DNA of 63,887 bases, filler included, from 6 parts of 6 records of this genome joined end to end with filler, not necessarily neighbours in it; one strand, 5' to 3'; counted from the whole stretch's first letter, positions 52,870 to 62,871 are shown. A program made the numbers and translations. Notes: generated from the letters alone by a model not told the origin.

Positions 52870-54306
52870 TTAAAGTTTTCTTTTTTTTATAACCTCAATC
52901 CCATAATTATTAATTTTTGTTCTTAATGTATTTCTGTTAAAACCCAGACATTTAGAAGCTTTAATTTGATTGCCTCTAAATAATTTCAAAGTCGATTCAA
53001 TAAGTGGTTTTTCAATTTTTGAAATAAAACTAGAATGTAAATTATCAATGTTTAGGTTTTCATCAAAATTTTTAAAATATTTACTTAAATATTTTTTGAA
53101 ATAGATTTCCAAGTTATCTTCTTCAGTTTCATCAATAAATAACCTATCCTCAGAGATAACTTCTTTTATTAAAGATGTTTGGATTTCTTCAGATGATGAT
53201 AATAAGCATATACGTTCTATTACATTTTTTAATTCTCTTATATTACCAGGCCATGAATGTTCTTTTAATAAATTCATACCTTCATGGGTAATAAATCTAT
53301 GTATGTTTTTATCAGAAGAATATCTATTTAAAAAAGATATAGTTAAGTCTGAAATATCTTCAAACCTATCTTTTAATAAGGGAATTTTTATAGGGACAAC
53401 ATTAAGTCTGTAAAACAAATCCTCTCTAAATAAACCTTTTTCCACTTCATTAAAAATATTCTTCTTTGTTAATGCAATAATTCTAGGTTTTATAAAATCA
53501 TTAGTTTTTTCTAAATAAGGTGAAAAATCTTCTTCTATAAAATCTAATAAATTTTTTTGTTGCTGTAATGATGATTCACTAACGTTTCTTATAAGTATTG
53601 AACATGCATTTAGACATGCAAATGATTGGGTATCTTTATTTTGATGTTTTTGAATGTTTTGTAATAGATTATCTAACGAATAATCATTAAACACATCCAT
53701 ATTTAGATTTAAAAACAATTTATTATTAATAGAGCTTAAGTCATGGATTGATTTTGCAATTAATTTTTTTCCTGTTCCACTTTCTCCTAATATTAATAAA
53801 TTTAAGTTAGTGTTAACTAATCTAGATATTAGCTTATAAATTTCCTGCATGGCCATAGATTTACCAACTACAGGACCAGAATCATAAATATTTTTTGGTA
53901 AAGTAATTTTATCTTTAATTTCAATATTATTATGTTCTGAAAAGGTATTTGATACTAGGTTCAATAATTCATCTAAGTCAAATGGCTTTGGTAAGTATTC
54001 AAATGCTCCTTTTTTTTTGGCTCTAACTGCAGTTAAAAGAGTAGTTCTTGCTGACATTACAATAATTTTTAATTTAGGTTTCATATGTTGAAGTTTTGGT
54101 AAAACGTCTAATGCATCACCATCTGGTAATCCTACGTCAGTTATAAGTATATCAGCAAAATCAGATTCTACTAAACGTCTCATACCAGCAGCAGTGCCAC
54201 TCGATTTTACATTATAACCAGCCCTTGTTAAAGCTGTTGAAATAACAACTCTTATACTTCTATCATCGTCTACAACTATAATATTTTTTAAGTTTTTAGA
54301 TTGCAC
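52870..54306 (-). CDS. ntrC: Nitrogen regulation response regulator NtrC with a degenerate AAA+ domain
   Basis: REC (VDDDRSIR, TDV, YLPKPFD), GESGTGK, FREDLFYRLNV, WPGNIREL, Fis-type HTH GNQIKA..LGFNRNTLR; GTG start. Confidence 0.9.
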   Translation of the reverse strand: MQSKNLKNIIVVDDDRSIRVVISTALTRAGYNVKSSGTAAGMRRLVESDFADILITDVGLPDGDALDVLPKLQHMKPKLKIIVMSARTTLLTAVRAKKKGAFEYLPKPFDLDELLNLVSNTFSEHNNIEIKDKITLPKNIYDSGPVVGKSMAMQEIYKLISRLVNTNLNLLILGESGTGKKLIAKSIHDLSSINNKLFLNLNMDVFNDYSLDNLLQNIQKHQNKDTQSFACLNACSILIRNVSESSLQQQKNLLDFIEEDFSPYLEKTNDFIKPRIIALTKKNIFNEVEKGLFREDLFYRLNVVPIKIPLLKDRFEDISDLTISFLNRYSSDKNIHRFITHEGMNLLKEHSWPGNIRELKNVIERICLLSSSEEIQTSLIKEVISEDRLFIDETEEDNLEIYFKKYLSKYFKNFDENLNIDNLHSSFISKIEKPLIESTLKLFRGNQIKASKCLGFNRNTLRTKINNYGIEVIKKRKL

Positions 54307-54320
54307 AATAATTACCTAAA

Positions 54321-55385
54321 TTATTTATTTTTTTTTAATGGAAAGTTAATAATAAAATTTGTTAACCCCGGCGATGACATCACATCGATAACAGCTCCCA
54401 TGTCATTAAGTCCACTCGCAACTATAGATAAGCCCAATCCTTTACCTTCTTTTTTAGATGAGATAAAAGGGTCAAAAATATTTGGAAGTAAAGATTTAGT
54501 AATACCTGAACCATAATCTATAATTTCAATTTGTAATGGAAGACTTGTAGGAACTTCTTCATGAGAAAAAGATATTTTTTTATCTGAGTTAAAACTAGTT
54601 TTAATTTTTATTTTGTCGGTATTTGAAGCTGCTTCACAAGCATTTTTTAATAAATTAAGAAAAATTTGAATTAGAAGGTCTTTATTAGCATAGATGTGTG
54701 GAAGAGAAGGATCAAAAGACTCTATATATTTAATGTTTGAGCCAAAACTATTTTGTGCAACACGTTTACAATGGTTTAAAATTTCATGAACATTCAAAAA
54801 TTCTTGATCTTTAATTACATCGTTATTGTTTATTTGTTCCATTCTATTTAACAATGAGACAATGCGATCGCTTTCAATATTTATAAGAGAAGTTAAATCT
54901 TTAACATTTTTATCGCTATTTAAGTCACTCTCTATTAATTGAGAAGCTCCTTTTATACCAGCAAGTGGGTTTTTTAATTCATGCATTAACATATCAACCA
55001 TAGAAGAAAATGATTTAGATATTTTTGAATTTATTCTTTGTGATTGAAACATCTCAGATACTGTGAGTTCACTTAATTGAAAAATTATTTGATTACTATC
55101 GAACGATAGTGGAACTATATGAGCTCTCACCTTCTTGTTAGGAAAATTGATATTGCTAAAATCCAAACTTTCTTCAGTTAAGCCTTGCTTAGATTTTCTT
55201 ACTCTTTTTAATAGGATACTAACTGGTGAATCTTCTGGTATTAAATTATATAGAGAAGATCCTATAATTAAGTTTGCACTATGCCCAAAAAATTCTTCGC
55301 CAATTGAATTTATATAAACAATATCATTATTCTTGTTTACTAAAAAAACTGGAGTTCTAAGTTCATTTAAAATACTATTAATCAT
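54321..55385 (-). CDS. ntrB: Nitrogen regulation sensor kinase NtrB
   Basis: PAS, HELKNPLAGIKGASQL, FDPSLP, QIFLNLLKNA, FDPFISSK.EGKGLGL. Confidence 0.92.
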   Translation of the reverse strand: MINSILNELRTPVFLVNKNNDIVYINSIGEEFFGHSANLIIGSSLYNLIPEDSPVSILLKRVRKSKQGLTEESLDFSNINFPNKKVRAHIVPLSFDSNQIIFQLSELTVSEMFQSQRINSKISKSFSSMVDMLMHELKNPLAGIKGASQLIESDLNSDKNVKDLTSLINIESDRIVSLLNRMEQINNNDVIKDQEFLNVHEILNHCKRVAQNSFGSNIKYIESFDPSLPHIYANKDLLIQIFLNLLKNACEAASNTDKIKIKTSFNSDKKISFSHEEVPTSLPLQIEIIDYGSGITKSLLPNIFDPFISSKKEGKGLGLSIVASGLNDMGAVIDVMSSPGLTNFIINFPLKKNK

Positions 55386-55510
55386 AAAAATATAAATCTT
55401 ATTAAATATGTTTTAATTATAATAAATATGACTAAAATTTATACAATAATTTCAATTTATGAAGTTTATTGTAATTCATGCCTAATTATTAACCATTATC
55501 GGAGTTAATA

Positions 55511-56710
55511 TTGAATATTAAAGTTGAAAACGTAACTGTAATTTTATTAGCAGGTGGTACGGGCAATAGATTTGGCTCTAAAACAAGCAAACAATTGATA
55601 AATATTAATAATGAGACATTAGTAGAGTTTTGCATTAAAAATTTAAAAGAAAAAATAAACAAAATTAAAATATTAATCGTATCTAATAGCAAAGATTTTA
55701 ATTCAATTAAGGAAATTGCTACTAAACATAATCTATTGGATCCAATTATTGGAGGTAAAAATAGACATGAAAGCGTTTACAGAGGACTTGTTTCATTAAA
55801 AAAATCACCACCTAAATTTGTTTTTGTACATGATTCTGCCAGACCATTTGTATCAAGAAAAGTAATAAATGATTTGTTAAAAGAAGCAAATAAAAACAGT
55901 ACTTGTGTGATCCCAGTATTACCCTTAAGTGACTCTTTAAGGACAGTAAATAAAAATGAAATTACAAAAGTAGAGAGCAGAAAAAATAAATTTTTGGTGC
56001 AAACACCTCAATTATGCAATTATAAGAAGTTACTAATAGCACATGATAATACCACGCAGATCTATGATGATGAAAGTTCTCTTTTAATGAGTACAGGATC
56101 AAAAATAACAACAGTAGAAGGTGACCCAAGGATTTTAAAAATTACTTATGAAAATGATTTTAAATTATTGAAACCTTATTTAACCAATAATATTAAATAT
56201 ATTACGATGATTGGTAATGGATTTGATATTCATAGGTTTGACTTAAAAAAAGATAATATTAAAAATTTTGTTACATTAGGAGGAATTAATATTCCCAACA
56301 CAAACTCCCTTATTGGTCATTCTGACGCAGATGTTTTATTACATGCTATAACAGACAGCATATTAGGAGTTGTTAATGAAGGTGATATTGGTGAACTTTT
56401 TCCTCCTTCAGATTTAAAATGGAAAAATAGCGATAGCACAACTTTTCTAATACATGCATCTAAGCTTTTAAACAAAAAAAACGGTAAGATTAATAATATA
56501 GATGCAGTTATAGTATGCGAAAAACCTAAGATTTCAGATTACTCAGATTTGATGAAAAAAAATATTGCTGGAATATTAAATATAAATCCTAAGAGAATTA
56601 GCATTAAGGGTAAAACTTCTGAGAGTATTGGGTTTATCGGTCGACAAGAAGGCATAGCTGCAATGGTAAACACATCTATAAGAATGATTGACGATATATT
56701 AGATGATTAG
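55511..56710 (+). CDS. ispDF: Bifunctional IspD/IspF
   Basis: LAGGTGNRFG, HDSARPF, QTPQ, KIT; then GNGFDIH, GHSDADVLLHA.TD, GDIG..FP, GRQEGIAA. Confidence 0.96.
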   Translation: MNIKVENVTVILLAGGTGNRFGSKTSKQLININNETLVEFCIKNLKEKINKIKILIVSNSKDFNSIKEIATKHNLLDPIIGGKNRHESVYRGLVSLKKSPPKFVFVHDSARPFVSRKVINDLLKEANKNSTCVIPVLPLSDSLRTVNKNEITKVESRKNKFLVQTPQLCNYKKLLIAHDNTTQIYDDESSLLMSTGSKITTVEGDPRILKITYENDFKLLKPYLTNNIKYITMIGNGFDIHRFDLKKDNIKNFVTLGGINIPNTNSLIGHSDADVLLHAITDSILGVVNEGDIGELFPPSDLKWKNSDSTTFLIHASKLLNKKNGKINNIDAVIVCEKPKISDYSDLMKKNIAGILNINPKRISIKGKTSESIGFIGRQEGIAAMVNTSIRMIDDILDD

Positions 56711-56818
56711 TAAGAGTAATATATTAATATTTTTAGCTAAAATTGCTGAAGTGTATCCAATTGGTATTGTTAAATATGCACCTGGAACTTTTGCATCTTT
56801 TATAGCTGTAATTATAGG
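56703..56818 (+). CDS. pgpA: Phosphatidylglycerophosphatase A, 3'-truncated (not in the ORF track)
   Basis: Manual translation MISKSNILIFLAKIAEVYPIGIVKYAPGTFASFIAVII contains the APGT..S motif; usual position after ispDF. Confidence 0.75.
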
Positions 56819-56918
56819 NNNNNNNNNNNNNNNNNNNNNNNNNNNNNNNNNNNNNNNNNNNNTTAATTAATTAANNNNNNNNNNNNNNNNNNNNNNNNNN
56901 NNNNNNNNNNNNNNNNNN
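56819..56918. other. Artificial contig linker
   Basis: N44-TTAATTAATTAA-N44. Confidence 0.98.
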
Positions 56919-56947
56919 CGAGCGTTCGAATCGCTTCGCCCGCTCCA
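56919..56947 (+). tRNA. 3' part of a tRNA, probably tRNA-Gly, cut by the contig start
   Basis: T-arm with GTTCGAATC followed by CGCCCGCT-CCA, resembling alphaproteobacterial tRNA-Gly(GCC). The anticodon is absent. Confidence 0.75.
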
Positions 56948-56968
56948 AATACCACTAGATGGTATCTA

Positions 56969-57000
56969 AAAGGTCACCAATTGGTGGCCTTTAGTTTTTT
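56969..57000 (+). terminator. Rho-independent terminator after the tRNA
   Basis: Stem AAAGGTCACC/GGTGGCCTTT with loop AATT, followed by AGTTTTTT. Confidence 0.75.
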
Positions 57001-57114
57001 ATTACAAAAAAAATCAATTAGAAATGTTAGCAATACGCAGATTCTAGTCGATTTTACTTTACCAATATATTTTATCACTTAATCATTAAATTCTAGAAAT
57101 ATATAGGATTAGAA

Positions 57115-57954
57115 ATGAAACTTTTAAGATATGGCCCTTTAGGACAAGAAAAAACTTGTATTCTTGATATTGAGGGTAAAATTCGAGATCTTTCAGCATA
57201 TATAAAAGATTTATCTGGTGACTCAGTATCTCTAGAAAACTTAAATAAGATTAAGGCACTAAATTTAGAAAAATTACCAATATGTCCAGATGGGGATAGG
57301 ATTGGATCGTGTTTGGCGGATGCACCAAACTTTTTTTGCATTGGTTTAAATTATGCAAAACATGCTGCAGAAACTGGAAGCAAATTGCCAGATGAGCCAT
57401 TAGTATTTAATAAAGCCACCTCAGCAATTATTGGACCATTTGACAATCTTAAGATTCCTAAGGGATCTGTGCATACTGATTGGGAAGTGGAGCTTGGATT
57501 GGTAATTGGAAAACCATGTTACCAAGTATCACAAGATGACGCTTTAAGTTATGTTTCAGGTTACTTTACTGCAAATGATGTATCTGAGCGCACTTATCAA
57601 AAACACAGATCTGGCCAATGGGTAAAAGGAAAATCATCTCCAACATTTGCACCAATTGGGCCATATTTAGTAACTGCAGATGAGGTGGATGACCCACAAA
57701 ATTTATCACTTAAAACAACTATAAATGGCAAAGTAATGCAGAGTTCAAATACTAACGATATGATATTTAATTTAAAAAAAATAATATCAACATTGTCAGA
57801 ATATATGGTCCTTCGTACTGGTGATATAATTGTAACCGGAACACCAGAAGGGGTTGGCGCAGGTATAAAACCTAATCCTAGGTTTTTACGAATAGGAGAC
57901 ACTATTGAGGTTGAAGTAGAGAGCTTAGGAGCTCAAAGCATGAAGGCCGTATAG
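57115..57954 (+). CDS. Fumarylacetoacetate hydrolase family protein
   Basis: CIGLNY, DWEVELG, NDVSER, GQWVKGKS, GDII.TGTP.GVG. Confidence 0.93.
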   Translation: MKLLRYGPLGQEKTCILDIEGKIRDLSAYIKDLSGDSVSLENLNKIKALNLEKLPICPDGDRIGSCLADAPNFFCIGLNYAKHAAETGSKLPDEPLVFNKATSAIIGPFDNLKIPKGSVHTDWEVELGLVIGKPCYQVSQDDALSYVSGYFTANDVSERTYQKHRSGQWVKGKSSPTFAPIGPYLVTADEVDDPQNLSLKTTINGKVMQSSNTNDMIFNLKKIISTLSEYMVLRTGDIIVTGTPEGVGAGIKPNPRFLRIGDTIEVEVESLGAQSMKAV

Positions 57955-58659
57955 TTACTTACTCTTTTGCACTCTTTGCATAAGTTCCTCAGCAGTTTCA
58001 ATGCGTTCCGAATAACGATCCACTAAGCTAGATTTTATATCCCGGGTAATAAGTGTAAATTTCATAAGTTCTTCCATTACATCAACTATTCTGTTGTAAT
58101 TACCTGAGGGCTTCATTCTACCATTCTCATCAAATTCCTTCCACGCCTTTGGAGTTGAGGATTGATTTGGTATAGTAAGCATGCGCATCCATCGCCCTAA
58201 AATTCGCAACTGATTTACTGTATTAAAGCTTTGCGATCCACCATTCACTTGCATTAAGGCTAGTGTTTTCCCTTGTGTTGGCCTTACTGCACCATCAGAC
58301 AAAGGAACCCAGTCAATTTGTGTTTTCATTACCCCAGTCATTGCTCCATGGCGTTCTGGAGATGACCAAACCATACCTTCTGACCATTTAACTAATTCAT
58401 GAAGCTCTAAAACTTTTGGATGGGATATATTTTCTTCATCTACTAGTGGCAAACCTGCAGGATTATAAAATTTTACATCCGCACCAAGCTTTACCAATAT
58501 TCTACCCGCCTCTTCCGCTACGAGTCTGCTATAAGATTTTTCCCTTAAAGATCCGTATAAGATTAATATTTTTACAGGATGCAACGATATATTTTTACTA
58601 ATCAATGAATTAATATCTATTTGCTTGAATTCATCATTATTAATATTCGATGTTGTCAT
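57955..58659 (-). CDS. arsH: Arsenical resistance flavoprotein ArsH
   Basis: [61 protein letters not shown]. Confidence 0.95.
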   Translation of the reverse strand: MTTSNINNDEFKQIDINSLISKNISLHPVKILILYGSLREKSYSRLVAEEAGRILVKLGADVKFYNPAGLPLVDEENISHPKVLELHELVKWSEGMVWSSPERHGAMTGVMKTQIDWVPLSDGAVRPTQGKTLALMQVNGGSQSFNTVNQLRILGRWMRMLTIPNQSSTPKAWKEFDENGRMKPSGNYNRIVDVMEELMKFTLITRDIKSSLVDRYSERIETAEELMQRVQKSK

Positions 58660-58668
58660 TATATTTTC

Positions 58669-59268
58669 TTAATCTCGCTTTTTATTAAGCTGAAAATTTA
58701 GGTGAGATTTAACTGTAGGCCATTCAGATTTAATAATAGAATATACTGCGGTATCACGCAAAGTTCCATTTGGCATTGTTGAATGGTTTCTTAAAATACC
58801 ATCAAATTTTGCTCCAAGCCTTTCAATAGCTTTTCTACTTTGTGTATTAATAAAGTGTGTTCTAAACTCAACAGCAATACAATTTAACTTCTCAAAAGCA
58901 TGTGCCATAAGTAGTAGCTTACATTCAGTATTTATAAATGTTCGTTGAGTTGATTTTGAAAGCCAAGTTGATCCAATTTCAACTCTTCTATTAGTAGCAT
59001 CAATATTCATAAAAGTTGTCATGCCAACAGCAAGTCCAGTGGCTATATCGATAATAGCAAATGGTTGCATCGATCCCATTTCTCGTAATCTTAATCTTTT
59101 ATTTATTTCTTCAAGCATATCGTCTGCGTTTGGGATAAAAGTATACCAAAGTAAATTCAATTCACCATCTCTGACCGCATCTTGTAAATCATTTAAATGA
59201 TTTACAGAAAGAGGATCAATTCTTACATAATCACCTAAAAGAGTAATATCTTCAGGCCAATGCTTCAT
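58669..59268 (-). CDS. GNAT family N-acetyltransferase (RimJ/RimL-like)
   Basis: [41 protein letters not shown] 59268 overlaps the pyrE TGA (ATGA). Confidence 0.9.
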   Translation of the reverse strand: MKHWPEDITLLGDYVRIDPLSVNHLNDLQDAVRDGELNLLWYTFIPNADDMLEEINKRLRLREMGSMQPFAIIDIATGLAVGMTTFMNIDATNRRVEIGSTWLSKSTQRTFINTECKLLLMAHAFEKLNCIAVEFRTHFINTQSRKAIERLGAKFDGILRNHSTMPNGTLRDTAVYSIIKSEWPTVKSHLNFQLNKKRD

Positions 59269-59972
59269 TTCTTTGTTACACCCAATTCTGATATACCACC
59301 ATTTGCAGCAGACCATTTTAATGGATTATTTAAAAAGGATTCAACCTGGTCGAGAGCACTAGCATTAAAGTTTCCACCTTCACGGGCTGCTCGAAGAATA
59401 TCCCACCACGTTAAAAGATAATGAAGTTCTAATCCGTTTTCTGCGAGCATCTCATGTGTATTTTCAAAAATATCATAATAAAATATTACCAAAATATGTT
59501 CGCAAATTGCTTCGGCACGTCTTATTGCTTCTGCAAACATAAGTTTAGAGCCACCGTCAGTTGTTAAATCCTCTACTAATAATACACGCTGATTTGGATA
59601 AATATCACCTTCAATTTGTGCATCACGACCATAACCCTTAGGTTTTTTCCTTACATACTGCATTGGTAAAGACATCTTATCTGCAATCCATGCAGCAAAA
59701 GGAATGCCAGCAGTTTCCCCTCCAGCAGCACTATCAAATTTTTCAAACCCAACTTCACGATATAGTGTAGCAACTGCAAAATCCATTAACGCAGACCGTA
59801 TTCTGGGATGACTTATTAGTTTTCGACAATCAATATAAACTGGCGAAGCAAGCCCCGAAGCAAATGTATAGGGTTCTTCAGGACGAAATTTTACTGCTTC
59901 AATTTCTAAAAACATTTTAGCAGCCAAATTTGCCATTTGTTCTTTTGTTGCAAAAGTATTTGGAAAAGCCAT
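59265..59972 (-). CDS. pyrE: Orotate phosphoribosyltransferase
   Basis: [23 protein letters not shown] and the PRPP loop [11 protein letters not shown]. Confidence 0.95.
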   Translation of the reverse strand: MAFPNTFATKEQMANLAAKMFLEIEAVKFRPEEPYTFASGLASPVYIDCRKLISHPRIRSALMDFAVATLYREVGFEKFDSAAGGETAGIPFAAWIADKMSLPMQYVRKKPKGYGRDAQIEGDIYPNQRVLLVEDLTTDGGSKLMFAEAIRRAEAICEHILVIFYYDIFENTHEMLAENGLELHYLLTWWDILRAAREGGNFNASALDQVESFLNNPLKWSAANGGISELGVTKK

Positions 59973-60070
59973 ATCTAACCCTCTTTAAATTTTCTAATCT
60001 TTATCTAGATTCGTCCAACAAGCCAAGTCTCACAATTGCAGGAAAAAAATAATAAATATATAATAACTTT

Positions 60071-61234
60071 ATGGAAGAGCGTTTCAAATCAACTAAGAAC
60101 CAAAAACTTCAAAATGCCTATGGAATGTGGGCATCCAAGATAGATAATAAGCAAATAATTGCAATTTGTCTTTATGATCCAGAACATGAAATGGCTGCAT
60201 TTTTTGGCATTTCCGCAGTAGGAAAACAAGTCTGCATCGTTTCAAACGATATTATGAAAAATCTTGATAAAAGATTTACAGCTCTTACAGAAAAGAAAGC
60301 CCCCTCTAGCTGCTTAATGCCTACTGGAAAACCAAATAGTTTTATTACCTTCACAAGTGGATCTACCAATAATCCAAAAGCAATTTTGCGAAGTCAAAAG
60401 AGTTGGATTTATAGCTTCAAAAAAAATGGCGTTTTAAAAAATGATACAGTTGCCGTTCTAGGGAATTTGTCACATTCATTAGCACTCTATGCAGCTACAG
60501 AGGCAATGCATATTGAGGCAGATTTGATTTTTACTGGATTACGCCCAAAAGGGCAGCCTACAATTATTTATGCAACGCCTACCTTGTTAAAATTAATTTA
60601 TAAAAATGATAGCATTTATCCAATTGTACGTAAAATTTTTATTGGAGGTGGAGTATTTAATGAAGCCGATCGAATGTTTTGCAATCAACGATTTCCCAAT
60701 GCTGAAATTAAGGTTTTTTACGGAACAGCTGAAACAAGTTTTATTACTGTATCCGATAATAAAACTCCTCCAAATTCAGTTGGCCGTGCTTATGAGGGTG
60801 TAGAAATTGAAATTAGAAATGAAGCAGTTTTCATAAAATCACCCATGATAGCTGAAAATTATCTTGATAACCAAATTTTAATGGATGTTAATATCTATTT
60901 TCCCACAGGGGAATTAGGTCAAGTTGATAATAATGGATTTCTTTTTTTAAAAGGTAGATTAGATAGAGCAGTCAATATTTCAGATAAAATCATTTATTTG
61001 GATGTATTAGAGGATGATCTTTTATCACTTCCTGGAATAGAATATGCAGCAGTAATTGCACTTCCAAATTCAAAAAGAGGACAAAAGGTATTTGCTGCAG
61101 TATATGGTAATAATGCATCTCATAATCAAATATCAGAGATCCTTAGCTTAAAAGAATGGCCATTACTTCTATCCGGAAAAACTGATTATGTAAAAATTAC
61201 TGCAATATTGAAAGATTTTTTTTATGAAAAATGA
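60071..61234 (+). CDS. Short AMP-binding acyl-CoA synthetase (YhfT-like)
   Basis: FTSGSTNNPK P-loop, YGTAETS, TGE, GR, SGK; 387 aa; overlaps the thiolase gene. Confidence 0.85.
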   Translation: MEERFKSTKNQKLQNAYGMWASKIDNKQIIAICLYDPEHEMAAFFGISAVGKQVCIVSNDIMKNLDKRFTALTEKKAPSSCLMPTGKPNSFITFTSGSTNNPKAILRSQKSWIYSFKKNGVLKNDTVAVLGNLSHSLALYAATEAMHIEADLIFTGLRPKGQPTIIYATPTLLKLIYKNDSIYPIVRKIFIGGGVFNEADRMFCNQRFPNAEIKVFYGTAETSFITVSDNKTPPNSVGRAYEGVEIEIRNEAVFIKSPMIAENYLDNQILMDVNIYFPTGELGQVDNNGFLFLKGRLDRAVNISDKIIYLDVLEDDLLSLPGIEYAAVIALPNSKRGQKVFAAVYGNNASHNQISEILSLKEWPLLLSGKTDYVKITAILKDFFYEK

Positions 61235-62333
61235 TGCTTATATAATTGCTGCCAAGCGTACTGCAGTTATTCCAAAAGGTGGTGCCTTTAAAACATTGAA
61301 CATTCATGAATTAGCTGCACCAGTTATTAGGGCTCTATTAAAAGAGGCTAATGTGCCGAGTACATCTATTAATGAAATAATACTTTCGAATGCTGTTGGA
61401 GGAGGTGGCAATCCTGCAAGGCCAACAGCTTTAGCTGCAGGCCTTCCAGAGCATATTGGAGGTTTTACAATAGACAGGCAGTGTACTGGAGGGCTTGATG
61501 CCATATGGTTGGCTGCCCAAATGGTAATGTCAGGTTCACATAACTTTATTATTGCTGGCGGTTCAGAGAGTGCATCATGTAGACCAATAAGAATGAGAAT
61601 TAATCATAATACTGGGGAAAAAATTGCATATGATCGACCAATTTTTACAGGCTTAAAAGATAGAGATCCAGATATGATAGACTCTGTAGCAGAAATTGCA
61701 GTCTCATCAGGCATCTCAAAAGAAGCGCAAGAAGCTTGGGCGATTAATAGTCATAAAAAAGCTTCAAATACAAATTTCAAAAGTGAAATTGTTAATATAA
61801 ACAATCAAAACAAAGACACTTTTACACGTAAATTAAATAAAAAAATATGTGAGCGGGCACCTATTTTGAAAGGCAATATTTCATCTGCTACAACAGCAGT
61901 TGACTCAGATGCTGCAGCTTTTTGCATAGTGGTTAGTGAGAAAGTCGCTAAAAACTTTCCAAATGCTATTAGAATTGTCCATGGCGTTTCATCCGCAGGA
62001 GTTCCTGATACTCCAGCTTTTGCAACAATAAATTCTATTAATAGAATTCTTGAAACTACAAAAATTACAATTGAGTCATTGAAAGTCATTGAAATAATGG
62101 AGGCATATTCAGCTCAAGCCATAATAGCCAAAAATGAATTTAAATTTAATGAACAATTAATAAACAGAGGTGGTGGTGCATTAGCACGCGGACATCCAAT
62201 CGGAGCATCTGGTGCAATCCTAGCTGTTAGATTATTTCATGAATTACAAAAAACAGATGGAAATGGGTTAGCAACAATTGCAGCTGCTGGTGGCCTTGGA
62301 AGTGCACTTATATTATCTACTGTTAGCCCATGA
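61224..62333 (+). CDS. Thiolase family protein (YhfS-like) with a non-canonical active site
   Basis: RT..P, DRQCTGG, GHPIGASG; MEAY and IAAAGG stand in place of NEAF and CxGGG. Confidence 0.88.
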   Translation: MKNDAYIIAAKRTAVIPKGGAFKTLNIHELAAPVIRALLKEANVPSTSINEIILSNAVGGGGNPARPTALAAGLPEHIGGFTIDRQCTGGLDAIWLAAQMVMSGSHNFIIAGGSESASCRPIRMRINHNTGEKIAYDRPIFTGLKDRDPDMIDSVAEIAVSSGISKEAQEAWAINSHKKASNTNFKSEIVNINNQNKDTFTRKLNKKICERAPILKGNISSATTAVDSDAAAFCIVVSEKVAKNFPNAIRIVHGVSSAGVPDTPAFATINSINRILETTKITIESLKVIEIMEAYSAQAIIAKNEFKFNEQLINRGGGALARGHPIGASGAILAVRLFHELQKTDGNGLATIAAAGGLGSALILSTVSP

Positions 62334-62867
62334 TAAAACTGAATTTGGTCGTGATTTATGGATACCATTTGCTATAAATCCTGCCAAAATACATTTAATG
62401 ATATCACCAGGTATAAATGGAGACATAGTTAATAAAGATTGGAAAAAATCCATTTTGGCACCAATCATATAATATGGGATAGCAATTACATACAGAACTA
62501 TAATACTTCCAAAAAATGCGGCAAAACTAGCTGTAAAACTAATAGGCATATGCTTAAATTTTTCCATTATGTACCCCGTAGTATATGCAGCTATAGGAAA
62601 GCCAAATAAGAACCCAGCCCATGGGGTAGTAAATACTCCTAATCCTCCACGTCCACCGGCCAAAAGTGGCAGCCCAAGAGCAACCAAAGACAGAAAAAGT
62701 AAAACTGCTAAAGCTCCTCTTTTAGCTCCTAGGATCACCCCACATAACATAACCCCAAGACTTTGGGCTGTAATTGGAATCCCACTTATTAATGTTAATT
62801 TTGGTAGAAGCCCAAGCACTGCAATCAATCCAGAAAATAATGCAATGTAAACTATATTTCTTTCCAT
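62313..62867 (-). CDS. bioY: Biotin ECF transporter S component BioY
   Basis: IPITAQSLGVML.G.ILG..RG, LGLPLLAGGRGG, PFIPGDIIK; start ATG 62867. Confidence 0.95.
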   Translation of the reverse strand: MERNIVYIALFSGLIAVLGLLPKLTLISGIPITAQSLGVMLCGVILGAKRGALAVLLFLSLVALGLPLLAGGRGGLGVFTTPWAGFLFGFPIAAYTTGYIMEKFKHMPISFTASFAAFFGSIIVLYVIAIPYYMIGAKMDFFQSLLTMSPFIPGDIIKCILAGFIANGIHKSRPNSVLSWANSR

Positions 62868-62871
62868 AAGA

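Noticed and set aside
60001..60010. TTATCTAGAT as a BioR box upstream of the ligase gene
   Set aside because: Two mismatches to TTATMKATAA in 10 bp of AT-rich sequence, and no GntR regulator in view
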